In this document: piece after piece, positions 24,854-36,656 of the stretch | How positions within the stretch are numbered: position 1 is the stretch's first letter | How the letters are laid out: each line of letters opens with the position of its first letter | Source: Catajapyx aquilonaris | Taxonomy: Eukaryota | DNA: 41,372 nucleotides | Reading direction: 5' to 3' | NCBI GenBank assembly: GCA_000934665.2 | Contig: JYFJ02000875.1 | Location: 62,001-103,372, forward strand | Notes under the pieces: model-generated | Databases searched by the model: none | Seen by the model: only the letters and a program-made list of their open reading frames with translations | What the model was told of the DNA's origin: nothing | Translations under genes and position numbers: made by a program

Positions 24854-26991
24854 GACTCGGCTAGTTATCCGATAAAAAAATGGGAGAGATCCAGCGTATG
24901 AAAACTTGAAAATAGAGTGCACTAATGGATGTGCTGAAGACTTTGGACGCTCCTTTAGCAAGGAACATTTTGTTGTGGAGGAATCCGCGGATGCGTGCAA
25001 GAAGAGGAGGTGGGGAGGGGCGTAGGGAAGGAGAAGGAAGCCAAGGCGGAAGTTAATCCCAGGGAAATTTTGTCGGCAGCTAAGTGGGAGTGATTACATG
25101 CTCGGCTGATACCGGGGGCCATGAAACATTTAGTCCGTCATCAGGGCTGGGGTGGGTGGGCTGGGTATGGGAGTGGGTGGCCGGGTAGCAAGGAGGGGTT
25201 GGGAAAAGGGTTGTGAGGTGGCGTGCCGTTTGGCACGGGTCCCACTCCTGGGCCCCCACCGACATGCAAGAAAATTTAACTAGTTAGAATGAAAGGGGGG
25301 GAGTCTCAAGAAATGGGGTTCACTTTTTCCTTCCACAAGCTCTTATCTTAATGCTTATGGGTCCCTCGTCGGCCACATTTTCTTCATGTTAAGTAGTCCG
25401 GGTTCCCGGACTCAACCCCCCTCCCTGTACCCCCCCCTCTCACGCGCTACCTCTCTTTTCGTCGGTGCAAGTTCAGTGACGGAAGGAAAAGCGCCTCCAA
25501 GCTTACCCCCCCCCCCTCTCATCCACCCCCTGCTCCCACCATCCTTCCATTCTTTCTTGCCTCTTCTGATAGCATGATTCTCGTCATCGGCCCTCTTTAT
25601 CTACCCCAGCACTTTGGGGGCTTCGGCCAATAATTTAAACTTATTACCGTTTCAAGTTGTGACATCGCTCCGCTCCTAAACGGGTCATTTCATCTTTTAC
25701 TTGCCACGTCCACGACCTCAACTTAGGGGTACAGAAGCAAGAAAGTTTTGCACCGAGTAACGTGCTGCCTCCCCCACCCCCCAGCCTAATTTGCAAGCTT
25801 CTATCTATAGAAGCAAAGTTTGCTCGGGACAGGGGGAGGAAAGAAGGCGGCTGATATACACCCAGAAGTTGCCAAGCACTCGTACAAGTTGAACCTAACA
25901 CTGTGCTAGGCGAGCAGCAAGTTTGATGAGGCATTTTATTCAGTCGCCCAGGACCATTCCCGGATATTTCTGTCATCTATACACAAAAGAAGAGCGCTCT
26001 TTATCACGTGGCTGCACCCCACTGCACCCCAATCCCTCTCCCCACTTTTTACCGCTTTGTTCATTGGCTCGGAGATGGCCTTGAGGGGTTTTGAGACAAT
26101 GGCGTGAATGAAGAGGGGGATAGTATCGTGATTTCAGGCAAATTTGGCAAATCGTGTGTTGTAGAGGAGGAAAAAACGTGGTATCCCGGGCTACGTCACA
26201 GTGTATGTTAATGCCGGAGAAGTGTACTTATTGCTTGTTGTGCTGCACTTCAACAAGGGCCATCCTGAAGTTATTCAGGGAGCTAGAAAAAAAATGCATG
26301 GCGTATATGATAACATAGCTAAATTTTTTTGCGTGTAGAACCCCTAATTGGAACAGTGTTTAATAGTGCATCCGAGTGGAAACGAGTTGGTGGACCGTGA
26401 GATGGCGATTCTGCAATAAACCGATACCCGATAACACTGATATGATATCACAACATTATCGTTGCAATTATCTTGTCATTCATTATATCCTGTTGTCACA
26501 GCATGGGACCGTAGACGTCAGCACACTGTTATCCCCTGTCCACTGTTCTGCTCGTGCTCCACATGTTACACTTGAGCTGATGCATTCTGACAATTTCCAA
26601 AAACACAAAAATGGCCGAAATACAAGTCAAACTTACAAACAAGAGCGAAATATTTCTTGACAGTCTCATATTTCGGTAACTTAGTTATACAGTCGCGCCT
26701 CCCAAGAAGCTTACGTCCCACTGCGGTAGACATGTCGCGAAGTCTCGCGAGCTGTTTGAATTGTGTCGCCCCCTCCCGTCACCCAAAGCTTTTGCCCCGG
26801 TGTGTACCTGCGAGTTTAGCAAACCATAATGGTCTTCACGCAGATTACACTCAAAGCTTTGCTTAAGCTGTCAATCTCCTTACTTCCTGCGCTCGGCAGC
26901 ATCCCAACCCCTCATTCAGGAAGCTGCGAATGGGAGTAATCTCAGGGGCAGAAGCGGTCTGATGCAAAGCCAGCCAAGGGGGGGTTTTTCT

Positions 26992-27052
26992 AAAGGATGG
27001 CTGGGTGGAATAAGAGCAGGAGAGGCTGGGAGGTGGGTGGGTTTGGAAGTCT
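26992..27052 (+). repeat. 61-bp dispersed direct repeat, copy 1
   Basis: AAAGGATGGCTGGGTGGAATAAGAGCAGGAGAG...GAAGTCT is 57/61 identical to 29148-29208. Confidence 0.9.
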
Positions 27053-29147
27053 TCTCGCCCAAGGCACATGCAGACATTGTAGCCGACTCGTTGCACTGAT
27101 TTCTCTATCCTGGGCGTCATCCATTTCTTGCCGAAAAGTCCGGAGGTCCTCTCAGCATCTCCCTCTCCCACCCCCCTACTCTTCTCCGGTGCGACTTGGC
27201 GAGAACGACGGCAGTTAAAAAGGAAAAGGAGTTGGGGAAAAGAGGAATAGTTGATGAGTCAAATGCCCCAGGCCGAAGCAACTGCAGACTTTACTGAGAG
27301 CTTCCTTGGTCGGAAAACCCATTCCCTCTACCAAATGACACTTTAAATTTGACTTGGGAGTAAAGGGTGCTGGGTGTGTAGGTGTGTGTTCAGAGGGTGG
27401 GGGTACTTCATTTCTGCTTTTGTGGAAGCCTACTGGGCCTCTTTCTGGAAAAAATATGATTCTAGCTCCGACCCTCACGTCTAGTAGCCCGGAGACAAAG
27501 GAGGGTTCCAGGGTACTCCTCCCTTTGCCACCTCTTGGACCCAAAGTACATATTAGCACTATTTTATAATGGTAAAAAATGGGAGAGAGTTTCCTGACAT
27601 GTGGAGCAGGTATTTTCCAATTTATTTGAGAAGGTTGAATCATGAAGTATGTGCAACAGAACCTCATTGTCACATCTTGTGTTTCACGAATATTTTCTGT
27701 CCTGCCCTGTTTTGCACCAATCATTTCTTTAAAATACAGAGTAGGGGAGGACATCTCAAGAAACACATTATTTACACAGCATATAATTATTTTTATGGGC
27801 GGGCGCAAACAAGGGCTTGGCACAAGAAACGGATGGTCCTAAACACACCCTTAATCCAGGTTACGCCTCCTGCTCAAAGGTGAAAAAACAGGCAGTAATC
27901 GCGCACAAGTCCCAACAATAGGTTGGCCTACTTCCTACGTACCAGCAGATAGGAGGAGGGGGGGGAGAGAGCAAGTTTGTAAGAAAAGGGCCACTGTTTC
28001 CTAATCATTTCAAAAAAAGTGCACGTCGCAGGGGGCTTTGTGGAAGCGAATCGTGGTGAAAAATTGCAGAAGAGTTGGTGAGTTGGGATGATGAGAATTG
28101 ATTCTCCACCATCCCCTCCCTCTCTCCCTACCTTTTCTCCCACCCACACCATCCCAACCCCCCCCCCCCACATCCCAACCCCGTTTTATTGTTGTTGGAA
28201 GGAAGCTAGGTTGTTTCCCTCCGACCAAGTCCAAATTACGCACATTTCCAACGCTTGCTTGCGATAAGAATACTCGTTGTGCTCGCCAATAATAGGTCTG
28301 GAGGGGCCACAGAATCCGGATATTTTCCATCCCGAGGGGAAAGTCACAGCGTTGTGCATCCCTGGGATTTTATGCAATTATTGAATGCCTTTGTCTTTGG
28401 AGGCTTAATTTGAAAACGTAGTCAGGGGGTGGAGCAGCTGGGGACGAGCCAGAGAAAAGAAAAGTTTTTGCACACAGAATGTTGGGTGGGGTTGGGATAT
28501 AAGGGGTAGGGGGTGAGGTGTTCATGTGCTCCAACTCTAGGGGCTCAATTTAGGTGTCGTTGGGAGAATGCAAGTGCACCTGCCTCGTCCACCCTAGGAC
28601 AAAAACCTCGTTTCAAGTTTTTTTTTTTTTTNNNNGGGGGGGGGGGGGGGAGGTCCCAGAATTTGGCTGGGCAAAGTCAGGTCTTTTCTTCTAAAGGCGA
28701 CCAGGTGCTGATGTATGCAGCGCATTTATTTAAGCAATGAGGTCATTTGGTAGCGGAACATTTGGTAGGCGGTGGCGTAATTGTGAAAGGCTATCAAATT
28801 TTCGGATGAAAAGTCGCCTTAATAGCGTAACTCGATACGACGCCGGGTGTCGCTACAGCCGGTGCTAATGAGCAATTAAGGTGGTGATGTTGTGAAATAA
28901 AGGCAGCTGCGTGATACATAGAGAGTTATGGATTTATTTTTGGTTATAGGTTATGTCTGCTTGGTTTTTTTTCAGTGTACTAATTATAATGTACACTACC
29001 TAGGTTGCCAACCCAAGAGGAGGGAAGAGTGACAAGTTATTGATTGTTTACCCAAGGATCCACTTCAAGAGTAGCAAGCATGGCGACAGGCGAATTGAGA
29101 TTTTTGTTTCCAGCGTGATGTTTCTCTTTAAATTGGTCGCTGGAATG

Positions 29148-29208
29148 AAAGGATGGCTGGGTGGAATAAGAGCAGGAGAGTCTGAGAGGTGGGTGGGTGT
29201 AGAAGTCT
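29148..29208 (+). repeat. 61-bp dispersed direct repeat, copy 2
   Basis: 57/61 identical to 26992-27052, with unrelated flanks. Confidence 0.9.
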
Positions 29209-30256
29209 AAAATTTGAAATGGCAGGTAGTTTATGGACTTGAAAGGTCTCATTTACACAAATAAGGCTGTCACAAGATACGTTATGCCTGGAATTATTAT
29301 ACATCACATTACGACAAACATGAAGTTATAATGCAGTTCTACGACATACAGTACATGCATATGAGTAATGCAGCCCAAATGCATAAGGCACACATGTACC
29401 AAAGATATTCAGGTACACAATGCTTGACATGTCAGTAAGAACCCTGTCTGATAATTTGAATCAAAGACTATGTATGTATGACACAATGCAATATACTGTA
29501 ATATTGGCAGACAACTTATTCTCTGACTGTCCTTTGTGTGTATCATAAACGAGAACTTTCAAGTCAACCTAAAACCATATGTCACTTGCCACATTTGCGG
29601 TAGAAATTCTCGAATGCATTCTTGTAATTCTGGGAAATGCGGACGTAACCTTGGGCGCCATATTAGTTTTTGTATTTTAATGTTTTACTCAGATTGGGCT
29701 CTCGAATCCCTTCAAATCGAGTGGTCTACGACGCGACATCTGCAGCTCAATTGGTTCACGAGATATGAACAATTTCTGAAACACTATTTTCCGAAAAGGC
29801 GCGAAGAGGCCGTTTTTTTCGGGTGGGCGTATCTCCGGAACGGGGATGTTATTTGCAAAACTGCTCAAATGGAATTCTTGTGGGGCATAACTAAACCGAT
29901 GTGCCGGTTTTCGTCATGATCTGACAATCCAAGGGTATAGGGAGGCTGGTTGAGTTGACATGGAATGACCCAATTACTATCATGGGACGCAGCCATTCTA
30001 TGCTGCTTACTTCTGCACCTTGTAGCATGTAAAGTGATCTCAACAATGTTTGTATAAAAGAAAGCCCTCATTCAATTTCTGTAGTTGTTTCTTAAAACTC
30101 TTTTTTGAAAGTGTATTTTGTCCTAATTAGCTTCTAGTGAGATGCCCCATTCCGTGCTGAGCTCCTTAATAATTTCTACTTTCTAATATTACACAACACA
30201 CTCCGGCTTTATTCCCAACTTACTTTAGGATGTATAATACAATATCACAGGAAAGC

Positions 30257-30593
30257 GGGGAGACGGAGTGGCGCCGCGGTAACGCGCGCGCCCACGGAAG
30301 TTAAGGTCCCGGGTTCAATCCCCACCCGGGGTTCCCACCTTCTTTCGTGCAGAGTTGGGCCATCTCTGGCTTCGTTTCGGGTGGCAATTTCCGACAGACT
30401 AAGCCACCCGGGGGAGTTCACAAAATGACGATTAGAGACATTGCACTTGCACTTTGCACATCCCCTCCCACCCACCCTTGGAGTACACTAATAAGATTCT
30501 ATCTTAACTCGCTCCAACGAAAACCCCAATGGTGGTAATCCACCCCCCCTAAGGAGTACGTAACTCCCCCCGTGGGGTAATGCAAAAAAAAAA
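30257..30593 (+). mobile_element. Full-length tRNA-derived SINE (tRNA-Arg(ACG)-like head)
   Basis: Pol III A box TGGCGCCGCGG (30269-30279) and B box GGTTCAATCCC (30312-30322) are at tRNA spacing. A poly(A) tail starts at 30584. A perfect 13-bp TSD ATCACAGGAAAGC lies at 30244-30256 and 30594-30606. The head shares GTGGCGC..GG.TAACGCG...ACGGA....AAG with eukaryotic tRNA-Arg(ACG), but the acceptor and anticodon stems do not pair properly. Confidence 0.93.
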
Positions 30594-31477
30594 ATCACAG
30601 GAAAGCTTTCTATACTTTCCTGTGCAATCACTGAATATCAGGTAAGACATGAACTCTTCTGTAGAAAAGAAAGAAAACATTTTGCCTGCCAAGACAAGCA
30701 ATTTGAATTTTAAATTTTCTAAGAGTCAATGAGCCTATCCGTAACCTAACACTTTCGTTCCAAGGAAAAAATCCACTTATATCGGTTTTGCAGATAAGCT
30801 TTTTTTCCTTGGGACAGAGAACACTTGTGGGTGATCCAAACTAGCGACTTATGCATGGAACCACTCTGCTTTCCAATAAATAACTCTGCTCCATGTGAAT
30901 GAATTTGAACTGCATGATACAGAAATAGTGAAATGAACCTGTCTATCAAAGCTACTTTGCCATAAAATGGAAATATAGCCTATGTCAAAGAATTTTCTAG
31001 GGCAAGGTATACAAAAATGTTAGCTTTGAGAAAAAGCTACTAGCTGTTCCGGTGGAAGACGATTGGAGCTCTTTGGGCCCAACTTCCTGCTTGGTACTGT
31101 ACAAATATGAATCATGAGAAGCTGGGAGAAAGCCTGGAGGAGCACAGTTGAGCCTCAGAGACGATTGGACAGTCAAGAACGAAGGCGTAGAAAAGATTAC
31201 AGGGATGAATACGTCTCCTTGATTCCTCCCTTCCGGAAGAACACGACAACTCGTTTGCTAAAAGTTCCACATTAATTTGGCTCTTCGTGACAGGAAGGCT
31301 GGGGGAATGGAAGAGAACACGCATGTTTTTTTCCCTCGCCTATTTTATGCATTTATTATATCCCGTTTCTACGAAAAGAGGAGACGCTATATCTTATTCT
31401 CTGGGAAGTGATCCTGAGATTTATGTCTTTAAGTGAAGGCATTGAGAAATCTTTCACTCTATCGAAATGCTGTAGAG

Positions 31478-31743
31478 CAGTACTTCCCTATCTTTCTTGT
31501 TGGCGACCCCAGATAATCGTCTAGTAAAATTTGCGATCACTACTTCCAATTCAATCATACCTCCCTCAATGGTAGTCGATGACAATAACAATCGTTAAAT
31601 TAATACATCTTCTAATTTACGGGCATATTTTTCCAGAGTGGTAGAATCATTTTGTAAAAATAATTAGTTACCCTCTCTCGCGACCCCAAATAATAGGTTC
31701 TCAACCCCATTTGGGGTCGCGACCCACAGTTTGGGAAGCCCTG
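31478..31743. mobile_element. hAT (Charlie-like) MITE (266 bp)
   Basis: Perfect 8-bp TSD CTGTAGAG (31470-31477 and 31744-31751), similar to the NTCTAGAN target of Charlie elements. Termini are CAGTACTTCCC / GGGAAGCCCTG. Subterminal GCGACCCC / GGGGTCGCGACCC motifs are typical of this group. Confidence 0.9.
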
Positions 31744-33123
31744 CTGTAGAGTCACAGCTTGAACTGTCAATTGTGACATTAACTTATACCACATTAACAC
31801 AAGCAATTTTGTGGATTTCATGTTTCCGGTAATAATTCATCTAAAATGCAATAAATTTGACTTGTAAAATAAAGTTAAAGAATATCGCAATGCAGAAAGA
31901 CCATACCAGCCACATTTTGGGCATGGTGAAGTCAGTTTTATAAAATAATTCTAATGTGATTCCGAGTTTCCCACTTCAGATTCTTACAATATGCTAGCCT
32001 GACATCGTCCTCTATACATGCTCAAGGAAACTTCAAAATTAATGCCGCTTGTTAGTAATTTTATACATGACTATTTTCGTAAGCGTACGTTATCGGCACA
32101 TGCATCACACTTTGCAGTAAGACTTTCAACAGTACGATAAGTCACCTTCCAAACTATTTATGAGTATATGTTGTAAAACCAACGTCGACAGTTACACTTA
32201 ATAATTTTTCATATCATGACATTTTTTAATTTCCACTATAGAAAATGCAATTAGGTACTTACCAGGCTGATTTAAAAAAGCATTTAACCAATCAGCTGAG
32301 CTTCCGCCTACTTGCGAAACACCTGGTATAATAGCGTAATGGAGTGCATTAGACATCCGAAAAGGAGAGCGGAGAGGCACGGAATGCTAAAGGAATGTAT
32401 AATGATGAAAAATGTTTCTCCAGGGCATCTGAATAAGATGCCGTTTTGGATTCTTTCTTCGTCAGTTTCGCATTAACCGAGTAAAATTTCATTTTGCAAA
32501 ACTTCACCGGGGTAAAGAATTTGCGACTTTAAGCCGATTACTCCAAGGTGACGAATAGTACCAAAGCTATGCGAGGATATATTTGGAGTATTCAAAGCCT
32601 GGTCCTAATATCCAAAAGCAATTTCTTAGGCGAAAGTCTAATACCCAGCTCTTGACACTTTTGGAAACGGAAGCTAACCATTTGGAAAATGATCATCACA
32701 CTCTCCTTGGTATTGCAAAACTCGAATGGAGTTCAAATTCCCGCCGATGTTTCCAAAATTTCTCGAGTCAATGGAAATGGAATTGGTATTCGGAAGATTA
32801 CGTGCGACTATCGATGTACCGCTATGGTTATAAGATGCAAGAATAGTCTTCTTTGTTTTAGACTAGCAAAGAAAGGGGCCATTGTAATCAAGAGATACAC
32901 GCCGAATGCTAATGGCTGTTAGTTTATTTTTATTTGTTTATTCACAATTAATTTGGAGGGAAGGGTGAATACGAGACTCGTTTTTGGCATACCACCTTAA
33001 TACTTTTGTACAAGTCGGACGTTAAGAGGTAGTAAATGTTTCCTTCCCATTGTGGCCGAAAAGATACAAGAAAATGGGAAAATTTTGCCATATTTTTGAC
33101 TCCCTTACAATATGGTCCTAAAA

Positions 33124-33158
33124 CTATGGTCCTGCCTATGCCTATGGTCCTGCCTATG
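33124..33158. repeat. 18-bp-period tandem duplication CTATGGTCCTGCCTATG(C)
   Basis: Two exact copies at 33124-33140 and 33142-33158, plus a partial TATGGTCCT just upstream. Confidence 0.8.
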
Positions 33159-34800
33159 TTATAGGAAGAAAAAACTGTCGAAAGAACAACTGGCATCTTA
33201 CCAGACGATGCTCATCTGCCAATAATATATGCACATATTTTGAGAAAATGACATTTTAAATTGCAAATATCCTATTTGGCAGTAAGTCTGATCTTTGTTT
33301 TCACTACTGGGTGTATTTTCCCGAGTGTCCACACACAAGTTGCGTCGCATTATTTTTAATGCTCTGCTTACTATCCATAATTTATATCTCTGGAGGCAGA
33401 TTTGTGGTTCTAAATGTTCGGCATTTTTGATTACGAGTAACGGCTTTCTTTATGGACACCCAGTGTATCCATTGTACAGTGCCCGATTTGGTGTCGGTAC
33501 ACTCCATTACTCGCATAACGTATGCTGGACATAAATCTGTTCCCCAAAAGTGTGCGGGCCATGTGTCACGTTCTGTTGCGCAAGCGTTCTGTCTAATTGG
33601 CGTTTTCTGGAAATTAAAACGAGCAAATATTGGTCATTGCATGGCACATAATACCCACCATACTAGACTGATGACCCTGTTAGTTTATGCTAGTTTGCCG
33701 TAGGTACCGAGTGTTTACACTCACATTATGTCCACGGTAAATATTAGTCCACAAACCCATACGATACACTAGCATTTTTTTCGTGATTGTTGTTGAAAGA
33801 GAACAATAGATATTTGCATCTTGGTTTTGTGAAAGTATGAGCACTTTCGACTTTTAATTTGCACTGTTATACCCGTAAAATATGCGTGGTTAGGAATCGG
33901 ATTAGGATCACTTTAGGATTATGCAACAATTGCGACGTGATCCCAGGTGCTCCCATTTTTTAGACTCTACTTGTGTGTGTAATCTCAAAAAACCAGAAAG
34001 TCCCCAACCAACCCAATGTTGGCCACATTTCAAAGTCAAATACTCCCACTAATCTGACGCCCAACCCCATTTTAAAAAAATCTGCCAAGAAATGCCACCG
34101 CTTGACGCCCAGAGCGCCATCTACGTTACACGTCACAAATCACTGCAACGCTCCCTTACACTACGTAAGCTTACACCCCTTGAAAGGAACTACTCAGGGC
34201 ATGGACCTGCACAAAAGGAATGTTTGACAAGGATCACATTATTTCCCTCACGGTACCCTCCCAATCCCATTCGAATTCGGTGCTAGATCTCGACATGCAG
34301 GCTTAGGAATGAGTGGGTGTGCATTTTGGTTGGAGGTGCGTTGGGTGAAGGTAAGGGCTTATCTATCGGAGCGTCGGGGACAGAGCATGGGATTAAAGCA
34401 AGCGAGGAAAAGGAGCCTGCCGACGACAAGAGCTTCAATCCTCTTCCAGACAGTTCAGCTGCTAATGCAATAAAGAGGGGGAGGGGGTAGGCATGGGACG
34501 AAGCAAGGAAGAGCCATGCCCGAGGAGAAAATGTGGGATTGAACGGAGAAAGGGATTTTCTAACGGGATTTGGGGCGGCTCACTTTGTTGCTCTTCCTTC
34601 CATCGCCTTATCAATTCTGGGCCCCACACCCTTCTGCCGTGATCAAAGATCAATCACTGGAATTAAATAGGTGACGGCGCGGCGTCGGGATGTTTCCTTT
34701 AGACGAGGTACTTCATTTACAGTATATTAAAGCCGGTGTCAATACAGGGCGAGGGCCAACTCATACGCAGGGTGTCTAAAATGCAATGGAAAGGGGGGTT

Positions 34801-34981
34801 TTGAATGGGCAAGGGGGTTCCCAGCTGATAGATTGCTCATGCCAAGATAAGGGTAGCGTTTTTTAAAGTCTCGCTCAAACGTGGCAGCCGACGAGCCTCT
34901 ACAGCTTTGGTAGAAGGATGAAACTTGCTCTTATCTGTTTCACATGAGTAATCTATCAGCTGGACCTCCGAGCCAATTCAA
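34801..34981. repeat. Old inverted repeat with arms of about 50 bp, probable MITE remnant
   Basis: The core CCAGCTGATAGATTGCTCATG (34821-34841) pairs with CATGAGTAATCTATCAGCTGG (34943-34963) at 20/21. Imperfect pairing extends to TTGAATGGGC / GCCAATTCAA and AGATAAG / CTTATCT. Termini and TSD were not recoverable. Confidence 0.7.
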
Positions 34982-35293
34982 GCCTTCTTTTTCTTTGTAG
35001 GACTTTAGCTTGTGAGAGATACGGCACTTTTTTATGAAACAATGTACAGAGTAAGGAAGGCTGGAGTGCGCATGGCATACAATACAGATATTGAAGTTCT
35101 GACGAATGAAAGGCTTATTTTCAATGGCCATAAGTCCTGCAGAATATTTTGAGATACCGCGACCTAAAAGATTGAATCAAAACATCTGGATTTAAGCAAT
35201 AAAAATATCTGCTTGGCAAAAAGCATGCTACAGAGGATGATCGACATGAGTCACAAAAATTTAGTATGATGGAGATTATGGTTCCCCTTGATG

Positions 35294-35610
35294 GGCCTCT
35301 TTCACACGGGGGCCAAGGCAGCGCTGCGCCGCCAGGTCTTTGCATCGCTGCAAGTGGAGCCTTTCACACGTGGTGGTTGGCAGCGCTGCCCACGCGCCGC
35401 CAGAAATGCTGGTGGCAGGCAAGGCGATTTTCGGCGCATCCAGCCTCTGCCAGCTGGCCACGCCGCTTTTGCATTTGCATTTGCATTTGCGTTTGCGTTT
35501 GCATTGAATCATATGAAGCCTTTCACACGAGACGCGACTTTTCTTGCGGACAGAAGTGCCGCCTAATTTATGCGGCGGCGCTGCCATGGTGGCTCCGTGT
35601 GAAAATAGCC
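35294..35610. mobile_element. PIF/Harbinger-type MITE, copy A of a head-to-tail dimer
   Basis: Ends are GGCCTCTTTCACACG / CGTGTGAAAATAGCC followed by TTA. The interior is collinear with 35614-35981 and contains a (TTTGCA/TTTGCG)n microsatellite at about 35468-35505. Confidence 0.8.
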
Positions 35611-35613
35611 TTA

Positions 35614-35981
35614 GGCTATTTTTACACGAGGCCACCATGGACGCGCTGCCAAGGCGGCGCCGCCACGTCTTTGCATTGCTGCAAATGGAGCCTTTCACAC
35701 GTGATGGTGGCCGCGCGCTTGACAGTGCTGCCAGAAATACTGTTGGCAGGGCGATTGTTGGCGCCGCCAACTGGCCGCGCTCCCACGTGTTTGCATTGAA
35801 TCACATGAAGCCTTTCACACGAGACGCGCCACTTTTCGTGCCGCCAGACGTCCATTTTGAGACCGTGCTCGGCTGGCAGCGCGTCCGTGGTGGCGAACAA
35901 ATCTGCAAAACGTACGCGGACAGAGAAGCGCTGCCTAATTTATGCGGCAGCGCTGCCATCGTGGCTCATGTGAAAATAGCC
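35614..35981. mobile_element. PIF/Harbinger-type MITE, copy B of a head-to-tail dimer
   Basis: TIRs are GGCTATTTTTACACG / CATGTGAAAATAGCC with flanks TTA / TCA. It shares AGCCTTTCACACG motifs, TTTGCATTGAATCA-ATGAAGCC and GCCTAATTTATGCGGC with copy A. Confidence 0.85.
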
Positions 35982-36113
35982 TCATAGACAAACGTTGCCG
36001 TCTTGCCGACCCACCCAACAGCTTTTCTATATGGCAAACCGCTATACTCCTGCTAGTGCAGTGGTTGTCTGATGTCATCCCTATACTGATGGCTGAGAAA
36101 ATAAGGTGACCAG

Positions 36114-36656
36114 GGCCTGTATTCTCGCAGAAACGATCGGCTCGTAGTGACGAACGATGACGCTAGCCGAGGGGAGGGGGCGGGGCAACGAAATCGGTCG
36201 ATATCAACACGTTCGAATTCGGTAGGCCCCAATCGGCCCCAATCAATAATATTGGTAAACAACGTGATCAGTAGGCCCCAATTGAGGATTAATAAGCAAC
36301 GGGCTCGGTGGGCCCCGATTGAGCATTACAACGGGAAGGACCAATCACAGGCCAGGATGCGAATTTGTTTGATTTTCCCGCCGAGTCTTCTTGACCTAGT
36401 CATTGTCGCTACCATTGTGGTTATCGCCTGCTGCTTCCTCAACTTACGATTCATGTTGGCCGCCATATTGCTCAATTCGAACTCGAAACTGCTTGGCAAC
36501 AGGATCGTTATTGACATTACAGCACCGAATTCGGAACCGAGGACCTAACCGCAGGCGTTCCAATCCCGTGAAAGCAGCGCCGATCGGTTCACGTCATTTT
36601 GACGTCACCGCTCGTCAGTACGAATCATTCGACACTACTATACGAGAATACAGGCC
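36114..36656. mobile_element. PIF/Harbinger-type non-autonomous element (543 bp)
   Basis: Perfect 14-bp TIRs GGCCTGTATTCTCG / CGAGAATACAGGCC and a perfect 3-bp TSD CAG (36111-36113 and 36657-36659, CWG type). Imperfect subterminal inversion: TCGTAGTGACGAACGATGACG / CGTCACCGCTCGTCAGTACGA. Confidence 0.9.

Noticed and set aside
27215..27823. 202-aa minus ORF and other 100-180-aa ORFs (6476-7006, 37754-38209)
   Set aside because: No domain motifs, random-looking composition, and lengths expected by chance in 41 kb with alternative starts.
30257..30336. Functional tRNA gene
   Set aside because: A and B boxes are present but the cloverleaf stems are broken, and it continues into a body, poly(A) and TSD, so it is a SINE head.
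33321..33467. Tc1-like MITE ending ATGGACACCCAG-TGTA
   Set aside because: The left TIR is too degenerate and has no TA TSD.
35266..35987. Overlapping ORFs with repeated MKPFTRD / EPFTR peptides
   Set aside because: They arise from the GC-rich MITE dimer and its internal repeats and are open in several frames on both strands.
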